A DNA stretch of 64,000 bases from assembly GCA_043797085.1 (NCBI GenBank), contig JAZDQA010000010.1, forward strand, positions 59,732 through 123,731, given 5' to 3'. The translations under genes were made by a program, and so were the position numbers. This document shows, piece after piece, positions 43,107-53,702 of this stretch. Under the pieces are notes generated by a model, which did not search any database, had not been told where the DNA came from, and saw only the letters and a program-made list of their open reading frames with translations. Source of the stretch: Pseudomonadota bacterium. Its GTDB lineage: Bacteria > Campylobacterota > Campylobacteria > Campylobacterales > Sulfurimonadaceae. The first letter of the stretch is position 1. The number at the start of each line of letters is the position of its first letter.

Positions 43107-44042
43107 TTATTCGCTGTATTTACCAACGCCGACAAGACGATTATAGCGCTGCTCAAGACGATCAGTATCGCTAAGCTGACGCAATGATACTACCTGTGAA
43201 AGAAAATAATCTTTAACTGCCGTTGCTGCACCTATTTTATCGCGGTGTGCACCAATCAGCGGCTCATCAATGATATCATCAATCAAATCCAAAGATTTAA
43301 GATCGGCGCTTGTAATTTTTAACGCTTTTGTAGCCGCTTCGACCTTGGCAGGATCATTCCATAGAATCGCAGAACACCCCTCAGGAGAGATGACGCTAAA
43401 TACTGAATAGCGCATCATAGCAAGCTTGTCGGCAACACCGATAGCCAATGCTCCACCGCTACCGCCCTCGCCAATAACAACCGATACGGTAATCGTATTA
43501 AGATTGGAAAGTTCAAGTAAATTACGGGCAATGGCTTCACTTTGATTGCGCTCTTCTGCACCTAATCCAGGATACGCACCCGGAGTGTCGATTAGCATCA
43601 AAAGAGGTATTTTAAATTTTTCCGCCATTTTTGCCATACGTAAAGCTTTACGGTATCCTTCAGGATTTGGCATACCAAAATTACGCTTGAGCTTATTCTT
43701 GGTTCCGCGACCTTTTTGCTCACCGATAATCATAACGCGCTCATCACCAATCGTCCCTAAATAACAAATAATAGAAAGGTCATCGCGGTAATGGCGGTCT
43801 CCGTGAAGCTCGTATTTTTTATCAAAAAGAAGATTAATGTAATCAAGTGCATACGGACGGTCTTGATGACGTGCAAGCTGAAGCTCTTGATACGGGGATA
43901 AGTTTGCGTAGGTTTGTTGAACTTCTTTATCTAAATCTTGCTTGAGAATCGTTACCGCATGGTGATCGTAACGAACTTCTGCTGCAATAATCTCTTCTTG
44001 GATTTGGCAAATTTTTTGTTCAAAATCGAGATAGGTAGCCAA
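43107..44042 (-). CDS. accA: Acetyl-CoA carboxylase carboxyltransferase alpha subunit
   Basis: [28 protein letters not shown] and GEGGSGGAL. Confidence 0.98.
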   Translation of the reverse strand: MATYLDFEQKICQIQEEIIAAEVRYDHHAVTILKQDLDKEVQQTYANLSPYQELQLARHQDRPYALDYINLLFDKKYELHGDRHYRDDLSIICYLGTIGDERVMIIGEQKGRGTKNKLKRNFGMPNPEGYRKALRMAKMAEKFKIPLLMLIDTPGAYPGLGAEERNQSEAIARNLLELSNLNTITVSVVIGEGGSGGALAIGVADKLAMMRYSVFSVISPEGCSAILWNDPAKVEAATKALKITSADLKSLDLIDDIIDEPLIGAHRDKIGAATAVKDYFLSQVVSLRQLSDTDRLEQRYNRLVGVGKYSE

Positions 44043-44051
44043 GAGAGTACC

Positions 44052-45275
44052 TTAGATTTTTTTGAAAATAACAACACCATTGGTGCCGCCAAATCCAAAT
44101 GAGTTACTCATAACAACGTCAAGCTCAGCTTTTCGTGCTACATTAGGGACAATGTCCAAATCGCAATCAACATCTGGTGTCTCGTAGTTGATGGTCGGAG
44201 GGATAATGCTATCGCGCATTGCCATAATGCTCACAACCGCTTCAATTCCGCCCGCAGCTCCTAAACAGTGACCTGTTTGACCTTTGGTCGAGCTGATTGG
44301 AGGACAATTTTCAGCCCCGCCAAACGTTTCTTTGGTTGCCATTGTTTCATACCAGTCATTGTACTTGGTACTCGTACCGTGTGCATTGATGTAATCAACT
44401 TTAGGTTGACCCGCCATTTTCATTGCTGCTTTCATCGCACGTGCTGCACCCTCACCGCCAGGAGCAGGAGTTGTAATGTGATTAGCATCACCGCTCTCAC
44501 CAAATCCGATAAGCTCTGCATAAATACGTGCTCCGCGCGCTATCGCACTCTCATATTCTTCGAGCACTAAGGCTGCTGCACCCTCACCCATTACAAATCC
44601 AGTACGATCTGCATCAAAAGGACGAGATGCTTTTTTAGGCTCATCATTACGCGTAGAGAGTGCTTTCATTGCGGCAAAGCCACCGATGCCTACGCCGCAA
44701 ATCGCTGATTCAGCAGCAACTACGAGCATCTGATCTGCACCGCCAACCATAATAGTTTTTGCTGCTTCACTAATCCCATGAGTTCCTGCCGCACATGCTG
44801 TTACACTTGAGAGATTTGGACCTTTGAGTCCGTGCTCAATCGAAACAAATCCGCCAAGCATATTGACCAGCGCTGATGGGATAAAAAATGGAGAGATACG
44901 ACGTGGACCTTTGGTCTCTAATACGATAGAACTCGCTTCAATCGCTGCCAAACCGCCAATTCCTGCTGCTGCACTGATACCAAAACGGTCTTTATCTATA
45001 TCTTCATTCAATCCTGCATCTAGCATTGCTTCTTGCGCCGCTTTAAGTCCGAAATGAATAAAGCGATCCGCTTTTTTTACTTCTTTTGGATGCATTACGG
45101 TTTCAGGATTAAATCCTTTTACCTCTCCAGCGATCTGTACACTGTGCTGTGATGCATCGAAAATAGTAATCATATCGATACCGCATTCTCCCTCACAAAT
45201 AGCCTTAAAAGAACTTTCTTTGTCATGGCCCAATGCGTTGATCATTCCCATGCCGGTTACTACTACTCGTTTCAC
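44052..45275 (-). CDS. fabF: Beta-ketoacyl-ACP synthase II
   Basis: VTACAAG, YINAHGTST, TGHCLGAAG and SNSFGFGGTN. Confidence 0.97.
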   Translation of the reverse strand: MKRVVVTGMGMINALGHDKESSFKAICEGECGIDMITIFDASQHSVQIAGEVKGFNPETVMHPKEVKKADRFIHFGLKAAQEAMLDAGLNEDIDKDRFGISAAAGIGGLAAIEASSIVLETKGPRRISPFFIPSALVNMLGGFVSIEHGLKGPNLSSVTACAAGTHGISEAAKTIMVGGADQMLVVAAESAICGVGIGGFAAMKALSTRNDEPKKASRPFDADRTGFVMGEGAAALVLEEYESAIARGARIYAELIGFGESGDANHITTPAPGGEGAARAMKAAMKMAGQPKVDYINAHGTSTKYNDWYETMATKETFGGAENCPPISSTKGQTGHCLGAAGGIEAVVSIMAMRDSIIPPTINYETPDVDCDLDIVPNVARKAELDVVMSNSFGFGGTNGVVIFKKI

Positions 45276-45465
45276 ATTTTCTCCTGCGTATCAATGGTCT
45301 TAAACGATGGCTCAAATAAGCCAACAGTTAAAATCACTCTCATCTTTAATGCTACACAAAAACGAATTTATCCGTTTTTATGGCAAAGACTAAAGTCCTT
45401 TTCAATCCCCTAAAGCTTCAAAAAACAAGTTTTTTGAGAATTTAGAGGTAGATAATCAATCGCGA

Positions 45466-45696
45466 TTACTTTTTGCCTTCGATGTAATTAATTACATCTT
45501 GAACCGTTTGGATTTTTTCCGCTTCATCATCAGGAATTTCGATATCGAATTTCTCTTCAAGAGCCATTACCAATTCAACAACATCAAGGCTGTCAGCACC
45601 AAGATCTTCTACGAATTTAGAATCCGCTTTTACTTCATCTGGGTTTACGCTGAGTTGCTCAACCACTACTTCTTTAATGTCTTCTAAAAGTGCCAT
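45466..45696 (-). CDS. acpP: Acyl carrier protein
   Basis: [18 protein letters not shown]. Confidence 0.99.
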   Translation of the reverse strand: MALLEDIKEVVVEQLSVNPDEVKADSKFVEDLGADSLDVVELVMALEEKFDIEIPDDEAEKIQTVQDVINYIEGKK

Positions 45697-45783
45697 AATA
45701 GCTCCTGTTCATATGAATAAAATCGCCAAATTATAGCATATTTAGCTTAAGTTGGGAAATTTCCCTCTAATTGCCCTTTCTTA

Positions 45784-46005
45784 GGCTTTGCTTTCGCATA
45801 TAACCTTCGGTTCCAAAGCTAAAAATCCAAGCAGTTGGCATTAATGTGACGCCCACCTTCGGCTATGCTTACGCATATAGCCTTCGGTTCCAAAGCTAAA
45901 AAATCCAAGCAGTTGGGTTATTGTGACGCTTCCTTCGCCTATGCTTAGCGCATATAGCCTTCGGTTCCAAAGCTAAAAAAGCCAAGCAGTTGGCTTTTAA
46001 TACGC
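45784..46005. repeat. Three imperfect 77-bp tandem repeats with internal hairpins
   Basis: Core CGCATATARCCTTCGGTTCCAAAGCTAAAAA(A)KCCAAGCAGTTGG starts at 45795, 45872 and 45949 (period 77). Confidence 0.92.
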
Positions 46006-46008
46006 TTT

Positions 46009-46752
46009 TCACATATACATTCCACCGTTAACTTTAAGCGTCTCACCCGTGATGTAGCTTGCATGGTCGCTGAGTAAAAATGCTGCTGCTTCTGCCACTT
46101 CCGTAGCATTTCCAAAACGAGCCATTGGGATTTTAGCGGTAAATGCTGCTTTTACTTCTTCTTTAAGCTCATCAGTCATGTCGGTTGCAATGAAACCCGG
46201 AGTGATACAATTATAACGAATCCCGCTCGTAGCCGCTTCGATTGCAAAACTTTTTGTCATTGCAATCATCCCGCCTTTAGAAGCCGCATAGTTGGTTTGA
46301 CCCGCATTTCCGGTTTCACCAACAATGGATGCCATATTAACGATACTTCCAAATTTTTGTTTGCGCATTGCTTTCATTGCTTCGCGGCATCCGATAAATG
46401 CCGAAGTTAGGTTTGCATCAATGACACTTGTAAACTCTTCGGCTTTCATTCGAAGCGCCAACTTATCGAGAGTAATCCCTGCATTATTAACCAAATATGA
46501 GAGTTCACCGTCCGCATCTACGATCGTTTTTACCGCATCCACAAATGCCGCTTCATCACTCACATCAAAACCGATTACCGCCGCTTGACCACCGGCTGCT
46601 TCAATCTCTGCTTTTATTGCATCAGCTGCCGCTGCACCACTACGATAGTTGATCCAGACTTTAAGACCATAACTTGCCAAAACCTTTGCAACTTCCGCAC
46701 CAATTCCTCGGCTTGAACCTGTTACTAATACATTTTTACCTGTGAATTTCAT
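46009..46752 (-). CDS. fabG: 3-oxoacyl-ACP reductase
   Basis: VTGSSRGIG, NNAGIT, NYAASKGG and PGFIATDMT; start reset to ATG 46752. Confidence 0.97.
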   Translation of the reverse strand: MKFTGKNVLVTGSSRGIGAEVAKVLASYGLKVWINYRSGAAAADAIKAEIEAAGGQAAVIGFDVSDEAAFVDAVKTIVDADGELSYLVNNAGITLDKLALRMKAEEFTSVIDANLTSAFIGCREAMKAMRKQKFGSIVNMASIVGETGNAGQTNYAASKGGMIAMTKSFAIEAATSGIRYNCITPGFIATDMTDELKEEVKAAFTAKIPMARFGNATEVAEAAAFLLSDHASYITGETLKVNGGMYM

Positions 46753-46775
46753 TATTTTCCTTATTATTAATTTAC

Positions 46776-46859
46776 ACGCCAAAGGAGCAAAGCCCCTTTG
46801 ACTACGCTAACGCTAAGTTTTCTTCAGCAGAAGGCTCACGTGCAGTTTCACCGCACTTC
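46776..46859 (-). repeat. GTAG-hairpin REP-like element, copy D
   Basis: + strand ACGCCAAAGGAGC-AAA-GCCCCTTTGACTACGCTAACGCT...CAGCAGAAGGCTCACGTGCAG...CCGCACTT. Confidence 0.65.
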
Positions 46860-46871
46860 ATTACACCTATA

Positions 46872-48347
46872 CTATATCAGTGGTGTGTCCATCTCTGATG
46901 GGATTTCAATTCCCATCAGTTTTAAAACAGTAGGTGCAATGTTATTCAGTGCACCCGGATGAACTTCTTTGACCTCATCCGCCATAACAAAACACCATAC
47001 TTTACCAACCGTATGATTGGTCAAAGTATTTCCTGCATCATCGCGCATCTCTTCACAGTTTCCATGATCAGAGGTAAGTACCATCGCGTATCCTTGGGCA
47101 TTTGCAGCTTCGACAATCCGTCCAAGCTGCTCATCGACGGCTTCAACTGCACGTGTAGCCGCTTCAAAATTGCCCGTATGTCCTACCATATCACCATTGG
47201 CAAAGTTTACCACAATAAAGTCAATCCCCTCTGCAATCGCTTTTACCACAACATCGCCCACTTCTGCAGCACTCATCTCGGGTTTCATATCGTAGGTTTT
47301 AACTTGAGGACTAGGAATCAATACTCGCGTTTCATTTTCATACGGTTCTTCAATACCACCATTAAAGAAAAAGGTAACGTGAGCATATTTTTCTGTTTCT
47401 GCCGTATGAAGCTGACGTTTTCCGGCGCGGGAAATCACTTCTGAGAGAGTATTGACCGGTGCATCTTTGGGAAACAACACGGGAAATGGAAAACTTTTAT
47501 CATACTGTGTCATTGTTGCAAAATGAGTAGGGATAAAATTACGCTCAAATCCTTTAAACTGTTCATCACCCAACGCAGTAGCAAATTGTCGCATCCGATC
47601 GCTTCGGAAATTGAGAATTAAAACCGCATCCCCTTCACTAATTCCTTCATATCCATCGAAGGCAGTCGGGACGATAAATTCATCCTGCTCACCTTTGGCA
47701 TACGAATTTTCAATGTAATCAACTACGCTTTGCTCACTTTTTGGTGTTGCATTGACGATGGCGTTATAGCCGCGTTCAATACGTTCCCAACGATTATCCC
47801 GATCCATCGCATAAAAACGCCCGCCCAACGAACCGATTCGGATATTACGACGTCCGTGCGCTTTGATGGTTTGAACAAAATGGATGGCAGACGTAGGTGA
47901 GACATCCCGTCCATCGCTGATAAGATGAAGCCATACTTCTTTACCTGCATCGGCGGCAATCTCTGCTACACCGATGAGATGATCAATGTGTGAATGAACC
48001 CCACCATCAGACATAAGAGCAATCAGATGAAGGCAATTGCTTGTTTTTAATAAAGCACTAAATACCTCGTTGCGTTCAAAACTCCCATCTTCTAGGGCAA
48101 GAGAGATTTTGACCAGATCTTGATACAGAACACGACCGCTGCCGATACTCATGTGCCCTACTTCGGAATTGCCCATCTGCCCCTCAGGCAAACCGACACT
48201 TAATCCAAAAGTATCAATAAGAGAGTGCGGAACCTGTGCAAATAACTGATTATATGTCGGTTTATCTGCAGCATGAAAGGCATTAAAAGAGTGTTTGGGC
48301 GAGTACCCAATCCCATCGGTAATGACCAAAACGGTTTTTTTGTTCAT
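46872..48347 (-). CDS. gpmI: 2,3-bisphosphoglycerate-independent phosphoglycerate mutase
   Basis: GQMGNSEVGH, SDGGVHSH, AETEKYAHVTFF, DMVGHTG and SDHGN. Confidence 0.97.
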   Translation of the reverse strand: MNKKTVLVITDGIGYSPKHSFNAFHAADKPTYNQLFAQVPHSLIDTFGLSVGLPEGQMGNSEVGHMSIGSGRVLYQDLVKISLALEDGSFERNEVFSALLKTSNCLHLIALMSDGGVHSHIDHLIGVAEIAADAGKEVWLHLISDGRDVSPTSAIHFVQTIKAHGRRNIRIGSLGGRFYAMDRDNRWERIERGYNAIVNATPKSEQSVVDYIENSYAKGEQDEFIVPTAFDGYEGISEGDAVLILNFRSDRMRQFATALGDEQFKGFERNFIPTHFATMTQYDKSFPFPVLFPKDAPVNTLSEVISRAGKRQLHTAETEKYAHVTFFFNGGIEEPYENETRVLIPSPQVKTYDMKPEMSAAEVGDVVVKAIAEGIDFIVVNFANGDMVGHTGNFEAATRAVEAVDEQLGRIVEAANAQGYAMVLTSDHGNCEEMRDDAGNTLTNHTVGKVWCFVMADEVKEVHPGALNNIAPTVLKLMGIEIPSEMDTPLI

Positions 48348-48431
48348 TTTGCCTCCTGATTAATCAAACTTTTGAGTAATTATATTAAAATGTCACTTGC
48401 TTTACAATTTTGTCGTCAAAGAGTCCTTATA

Positions 48432-49490
48432 ATGTTATATTGGTTTCATCAGCACATAGGTATTAATATTCTTCAATACATCACCGTTCGGGCGGGTCTT
48501 GCTTTTTTTATCGGCTTACTTTTAACCCTCTTTTTTATGCCACGCTTTATTGCATGGGCGCAACGCTCTGCCAAAGTCCAGCCCATTAACGAGTATGTTA
48601 GTGCCCACCAAAGCAAAGCCAAAACACCCACTATGGGGGGGATTGTCTTTATTGTTTCTACAGTTATTGCTTCACTGCTAACGGTCAATATCATGAATCC
48701 TTTTGCTATTGGCGGATTACTTACCCTCGTTTTTTATGGCTATATCGGTTTTACGGATGATTGGGGGAAAATCAGGGGTAGTGATAACCTCGCAGGACTA
48801 AGTGCGCGCGCCAAACTCACCCTTCAGCTCGTTTTTGGACTGGCAATTGGGGCTTTTTTGATCTATTTTGCAAAGCTTGAAACCGGTTTTTATGTACCGT
48901 TTGTCAAATCAAGTCTTTTTGATATGGGCTATTTCAGTATCGGATTTTGGGTTTTGGTGATAATCGCTACCTCTAACGCGGTTAATCTTACCGATGGGCT
49001 CGATGGGCTTGCAACCGTTCCCTCGGTATTTGCCCTCCTCTCTCTGAGCGTCATCGTCTATGTTGTCGGTAATGCCGCTCTTTCTCACTATCTCTTGATG
49101 CCTAAAATCCCTGCGGGAGAAGTGGTGGTCATCGCGGCAGCGCTTATTGGCTCACTAATTGGATTTTTATGGTTCAACTGCCATCCTGCGCAAGTCTTTA
49201 TGGGAGATAGCGGTTCGCTTACTTTGGGTGCTTTTATCGCATACATGGCAATCATCGGGAAAAGTGAGATTTTGCTTATCCTCATCGGATTTATTTTCGT
49301 CATTGAAACGGTATCGGTAATCTTGCAAGTTGGAAGCTACAAACTTCGCAAAAAAAGGGTCTTTTTAATGGCGCCCATCCATCACCATTTTGAAATGAAG
49401 CAGTGGGCAGAGAACAAAATTATCGTTCGATTTTGGATCATTGCCATGCTCTCTAACATTCTTGCCCTGATCACAATGAAGATTCGTTAA
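48432..49490 (+). CDS. mraY: Phospho-N-acetylmuramoyl-pentapeptide transferase
   Basis: [28 protein letters not shown] and MAPIHHHFE; start reset to ATG 48432. Confidence 0.97.
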   Translation: MLYWFHQHIGINILQYITVRAGLAFFIGLLLTLFFMPRFIAWAQRSAKVQPINEYVSAHQSKAKTPTMGGIVFIVSTVIASLLTVNIMNPFAIGGLLTLVFYGYIGFTDDWGKIRGSDNLAGLSARAKLTLQLVFGLAIGAFLIYFAKLETGFYVPFVKSSLFDMGYFSIGFWVLVIIATSNAVNLTDGLDGLATVPSVFALLSLSVIVYVVGNAALSHYLLMPKIPAGEVVVIAAALIGSLIGFLWFNCHPAQVFMGDSGSLTLGAFIAYMAIIGKSEILLILIGFIFVIETVSVILQVGSYKLRKKRVFLMAPIHHHFEMKQWAENKIIVRFWIIAMLSNILALITMKIR

Positions 49491-50692
49491 TGAAAAACAT
49501 GAACATTGCCTGTTTCGGGTATGGCAAAACAACCCGCGCTATTGCTAAACGTATGGGTTCTTGTACTTTTTTCGATGACAAAGTCACGAAACCTTTTATC
49601 GACGAAGAGGGGAATCAGCTCAAGCCTGTCAGTGAATTTGATACAAGAGCTTTCACACATGAAATCCCCTCTCCCGGATTTCCTCCTTCGCATCCACTTA
49701 TCCAAAGTGCATCGCATCTCATCAGTGAATACGATTTCTTTGCCCCTCAGATGCCCTTTTCGATCTGGATCAGCGGAACTAACGGAAAAACCACCACCAC
49801 GCAAATGATCGAACATTTATTAAAAGACAAAGGGGCAATCAGCGGCGGTAACATCGGAACTCCGCTGGCTGATCTATCCCCCGAAGCGCCTATCTGGATT
49901 TTAGAGACAAGTTCATTTAGTATGCACTATAACGAGATAGCCCGTCCGAATATTTATGCCCTGCTTCCGGTCACTCCCGATCACGTGAGCTGGCATGGAA
50001 GTATGGAAGCCTATTTTGAAGCCAAACTCAAACCACTCTCCATGATGAAAGAGGGAGAAGCAATCATCCTGCCTAAAATGTTTGCGGATGTTCCTACAAA
50101 AGGATTTAAAATCCTCTATGAGAACGAAAAAGATTTAGCAAAGTATTTCGGATTTGATGCGTCTCAAATCAAATTCAAAGGGGCATTTTTGATGGATGCC
50201 ATGATCGCGATGGGGATTGATAAAATTCTCTATGATCGTGTTGATTACGACCGTATCAATGCCTTTATCCTCGATCCCCACCGCCAAGAAGAGTTTCGTG
50301 ATTCCAAAAACCGCCTCTGGGTCAATGATTCCAAAGCAACGAATATCGATGCTACTCTTGCAGCATTACGCACCTATCGCGAATTCCCGATACACTTAGT
50401 CCTCGGTGGTGATGACAAAGGGGTTGAACTCGAAGAGCTGTTTATCCCACTGGAAAAGTATGAACTCACTATTTATGCCATCGGTGCTAACGCAACCAGA
50501 CTCGAAGCACTGTGCAAACAATACAAAATCCCTTGCACACTATGTCATACTCTCGATGTTGCGGTAGAGCAAATCAAACAAATACACAATCGTCAAAGCG
50601 TCGCAATGCTCTCTCCAGCCGCTGCTAGTCTCGATCAATTTACCTCCTACGCACAGCGAGGAAATCTCTTTAAAGAGCTTGCACAAAAATAA
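49490..50692 (+). CDS. murD: UDP-N-acetylmuramoyl-L-alanine--D-glutamate ligase
   Basis: SGTNGKTTT, GGNIG, NDSKATN, GGDDKG and LSPAAASLDQF. Confidence 0.96.
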   Translation: MKNMNIACFGYGKTTRAIAKRMGSCTFFDDKVTKPFIDEEGNQLKPVSEFDTRAFTHEIPSPGFPPSHPLIQSASHLISEYDFFAPQMPFSIWISGTNGKTTTTQMIEHLLKDKGAISGGNIGTPLADLSPEAPIWILETSSFSMHYNEIARPNIYALLPVTPDHVSWHGSMEAYFEAKLKPLSMMKEGEAIILPKMFADVPTKGFKILYENEKDLAKYFGFDASQIKFKGAFLMDAMIAMGIDKILYDRVDYDRINAFILDPHRQEEFRDSKNRLWVNDSKATNIDATLAALRTYREFPIHLVLGGDDKGVELEELFIPLEKYELTIYAIGANATRLEALCKQYKIPCTLCHTLDVAVEQIKQIHNRQSVAMLSPAAASLDQFTSYAQRGNLFKELAQK

Positions 50693-50711
50693 AATAAGCA
50701 TTAAGCTTATT

Positions 50712-50733
50712 TTTAAGCTTTGATAGCTATAAT
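50712..50733 (+). promoter_or_regulatory. Sigma70-type promoter for tRNA-Phe
   Basis: TTTAAGCTT upstream element and TATAAT at 50728-50733, 17 nt before the tRNA. Confidence 0.6.
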
Positions 50734-50750
50734 TGCACTCCACAAAACGT

Positions 50751-50826
50751 GGCCAATTAGCTCAGTCGGTAGAGCAGTAGATTGAAAATCTGCGTGTCCT
50801 TGGTTCGATTCCGAGATTGGCCACCA
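50751..50826 (+). tRNA. tRNA-Phe (GAA)
   Basis: 76-nt cloverleaf GGCCAAT...ATTGGCC-A-CCA; anticodon loop TTGAAAA; T-loop TTCGATT. Confidence 0.97.
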
Positions 50827-51023
50827 CCTTCACTTCCTAAAATACATTAAAAAACTCCATTATAGATTCAAACATTATTAAGCCAATTTTGCCTGTCCAA
50901 CTTCACGTCCATAACCATTTATTTAAATATGGTTCTAAACTGAATTCATAAAAATGTTATATAAAAATTGCGGGATAAATTATGATATAATCTTTGCATA
51001 TACAACATATGCAGGAGTCTGAC

Positions 51024-52628
51024 TTGATCAACATCGCCACTATTAAAGGCAAGCTTAATGCCCTAATAATTCTTAGTATTGTTATCTTTGCAACAATGGG
51101 GTATTTGTCTTATTCAAACAACAAAGACGCCAAAAAAACCGCTGAGCGTATGATTTTACTGGGTGAAATTCAAAGCTATAGTAATGGATCGATGATGGAG
51201 CTTCGCGGATATCAGCTTTTGTATACTGATGAATTTATAACACGTTACAATGAGAGTAACAAAAAACTCTCCGAAACGGTCGAAACACTCTCTAGTATAA
51301 CTCGATCCAAAGAGAACAAAAAGCGGCTTTCCAATATTGCTGCTCACCACGCGCAGTGGGTCACTCTCAATGAACCTCGTATAAAAATCATCAGTGAAAA
51401 TGAAAGTGAAGTCCATAGTCTTGAGTTCTTATCTACTCCGGAGGGAAAACAACTGGCTCAAATTACCAAAGAGTCTGCTAAAACTTATCAAAGTATTATT
51501 GAAGAAGAACACGATTTGCTAGCCTCTATGAAAAAGAAAAATATCGATACACTCGATTCCAATGCAATGATCATGGAAATCCTCATTTTTATCAGTGCTT
51601 CGATTATGATAGGAATTTTTTTCCTCATTATCGGCAATATTTCTCGTTCAATCGGTCGCCTTGAAACGACTATTAAAGCCATTGCTCATGACCGAGATTT
51701 CACCCAAAATGTCCGAGTCGAAGGGAACGATGAACTTTCTGAAATGGGAAGAAAATTGGGCGAACTTGTCACTATGCTGCGTGAGTCATTTGGAGCTATT
51801 CACATGGCGTCAAACGAAAATCTTTCCGTTTCTGCCCAACTTTCAGCAACAACTCTAAGCATCGGAAAAGCGGCGGAGGAAGAATCACGTATCGTCCGCG
51901 AAACAACGTATGAATCGGATCAAATGAAAGCAGCAATGCAAGCATCTGCGAATGAAGCACAAAGTGTTCGTGATCAAGCAGTCGGTGCGAGAGAAAATCT
52001 CCAAGAAGCACAACGAGCCCTTCACAATACGATTGAACAGCTTTCTATCACCGTAGAGATGGAAGGTGAAATCAATCAACGACTCAATTCTCTTTCCCAA
52101 GAAGCGTCTCAAGTTAAACAAGTTCTCACCGTCATCGCCGATATCGCCGATCAAACCAACCTTCTCGCTCTCAATGCCGCAATCGAAGCAGCCCGAGCAG
52201 GCGAGCACGGTCGTGGATTTGCCGTCGTTGCCGATGAAGTGCGTAAACTCGCTGAACGTACCCAAAAAAGTTTGATCGAAACCAACGCTACCGTCAACGT
52301 CATCGTTCAGTCTATCAACGACATCACCGAACAGATGAACCACAACACCAGCCGTATCGAACAGCTAGTAAGTGCTTCTTCTGCGGTAGACGATCATACA
52401 GCCACTGCTGTGAGCGCACTTGAAGAAACTGTAGAAGCCATCGAAAAACTCTCAGCCGATACATCTGCCAATGCAAAAACAACGGATGCCATTATTATTA
52501 AAATCTCTAAAATTCATGAGCTTTCAGCTTCCAATGCACGAAGTGTCGAAGAGATTGCTGCTGCTGCAGAACATTTGCATAAAATGACTGAACGCCTCAC
52601 GGATCAAGTTTCGGTTTATCGTACCTAG
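51024..52628 (+). CDS. Methyl-accepting chemotaxis protein
   Basis: Two TMs, HAMP domain and [41 protein letters not shown] start inferred from RBS AGGAG. Confidence 0.95.
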   Translation: MINIATIKGKLNALIILSIVIFATMGYLSYSNNKDAKKTAERMILLGEIQSYSNGSMMELRGYQLLYTDEFITRYNESNKKLSETVETLSSITRSKENKKRLSNIAAHHAQWVTLNEPRIKIISENESEVHSLEFLSTPEGKQLAQITKESAKTYQSIIEEEHDLLASMKKKNIDTLDSNAMIMEILIFISASIMIGIFFLIIGNISRSIGRLETTIKAIAHDRDFTQNVRVEGNDELSEMGRKLGELVTMLRESFGAIHMASNENLSVSAQLSATTLSIGKAAEEESRIVRETTYESDQMKAAMQASANEAQSVRDQAVGARENLQEAQRALHNTIEQLSITVEMEGEINQRLNSLSQEASQVKQVLTVIADIADQTNLLALNAAIEAARAGEHGRGFAVVADEVRKLAERTQKSLIETNATVNVIVQSINDITEQMNHNTSRIEQLVSASSAVDDHTATAVSALEETVEAIEKLSADTSANAKTTDAIIIKISKIHELSASNARSVEEIAAAAEHLHKMTERLTDQVSVYRT

Positions 52629-52647
52629 AAAATTCATCCTCTTCTTT

Positions 52648-52691
52648 TAGCGCTAATAGCGCTATTAGGCTTCCCGTGATAAAATTCCGCT
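52648..52691 (+). promoter_or_regulatory. Promoter of the selenium operon: 16-bp palindrome plus extended -10
   Basis: CTAATAGCGCTATTAG (52653-52668) is a perfect palindrome; TGA-TAAAAT at 52677-52685 ends 6 nt before ATG 52692. Confidence 0.55.
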
Positions 52692-53702
52692 ATGATGCAA
52701 ACAATCCCTATTGAAACCTTTTTAGCCTCTTTTGATAAATATGATCTAATTATCGATGCCCGAAGCCCCAATGAATATGGCGAATCTCATATTCCTCACG
52801 CGCGCAATTTTTACGCCCTCAGTGATGAAGAACACACCCAAGTAGGAACTATCTACAAACAAGTCTCCCCGTTTGAAGCACGTCTCAAAGGTGCCTCCTT
52901 CGTCTGTCTCAATGCCGCACGTCACATCCAAGAGCTCTATCCTACCTACAACCCAGGGTCAAAAATCGCGATTTATTGCGCTCGCGGAGGGATGCGTTCT
53001 TCTTCACTTGGAACCATCTTCTCAAGCATCGGCTATCCTATCGAAAGGGTCATCGGTGGCTATAAATCGTACCGAACCTTTATCACAGGGTATCTTGACA
53101 ATCTTCCATCCATTCACTTTTTGACCTTGATGGGGCATACGGGATGCGGTAAAAGCGATCTTCTCCAAGAGTTGACCAATATCATCGATTTGGAAAAAAT
53201 GGCGCATCATTACGGCTCAGTCTTTGGAGATGTCAACGGTGCACAACCCACCCAAAAAGAGTTTCAAAATCGTTTGGTTCACGCGGTTTTGGGATTAGAC
53301 CTCAGGCAGGGGGCTTTTGTGGAAGCTGAAAGCAAACGAATCGGTAAAATCATGCTCCCAAACTCCCTCTATCGTCAAATGGACTCAGGATTGCGCATAG
53401 AGATTACCGCCCCCCTAGAACAACGTGTAACTCGGATTATGCGAATGTACGATCACATGGATGAGAGCTTTTTTATGGAACGAATGGAGCGGATTTCCCC
53501 CTACATCAGCCGTGACGATAAAGCTTCGAGTATCACTGCATTCCTTAACGGTGATTTACCGCGTGTCTCTGAGATATTATTAACCCAATATTACGACAAA
53601 GTGTACAAAGTCACCGTCAAACCCACCATCACCATCCATAATGACAACCCCGCCAACACAGTCGAAATGCTCAAGGAAATACAACGTGAACAACGCTTCT
53701 AA
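52692..53702 (+). CDS. mnmH: tRNA 2-selenouridine synthase
   Basis: Rhodanese IDARSPNEY..HIP and YCARGGMRS; P-loop GHTGCGKS; DLEKMAHHYGSVFG and EAESKRIG. Confidence 0.93.
   Translation: MMQTIPIETFLASFDKYDLIIDARSPNEYGESHIPHARNFYALSDEEHTQVGTIYKQVSPFEARLKGASFVCLNAARHIQELYPTYNPGSKIAIYCARGGMRSSSLGTIFSSIGYPIERVIGGYKSYRTFITGYLDNLPSIHFLTLMGHTGCGKSDLLQELTNIIDLEKMAHHYGSVFGDVNGAQPTQKEFQNRLVHAVLGLDLRQGAFVEAESKRIGKIMLPNSLYRQMDSGLRIEITAPLEQRVTRIMRMYDHMDESFFMERMERISPYISRDDKASSITAFLNGDLPRVSEILLTQYYDKVYKVTVKPTITIHNDNPANTVEMLKEIQREQRF

Noticed and set aside
45784..46005. Possible CRISPR array
   Set aside because: The apparent spacers are homologous to each other (TGTGACGC..CCTTCG..TATGCTTA), there are only three units, and no cas genes are in the window
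50751..51000. Integrative element at tRNA-Phe
   Set aside because: No integrase and no duplicated tRNA 3' end seen in the window
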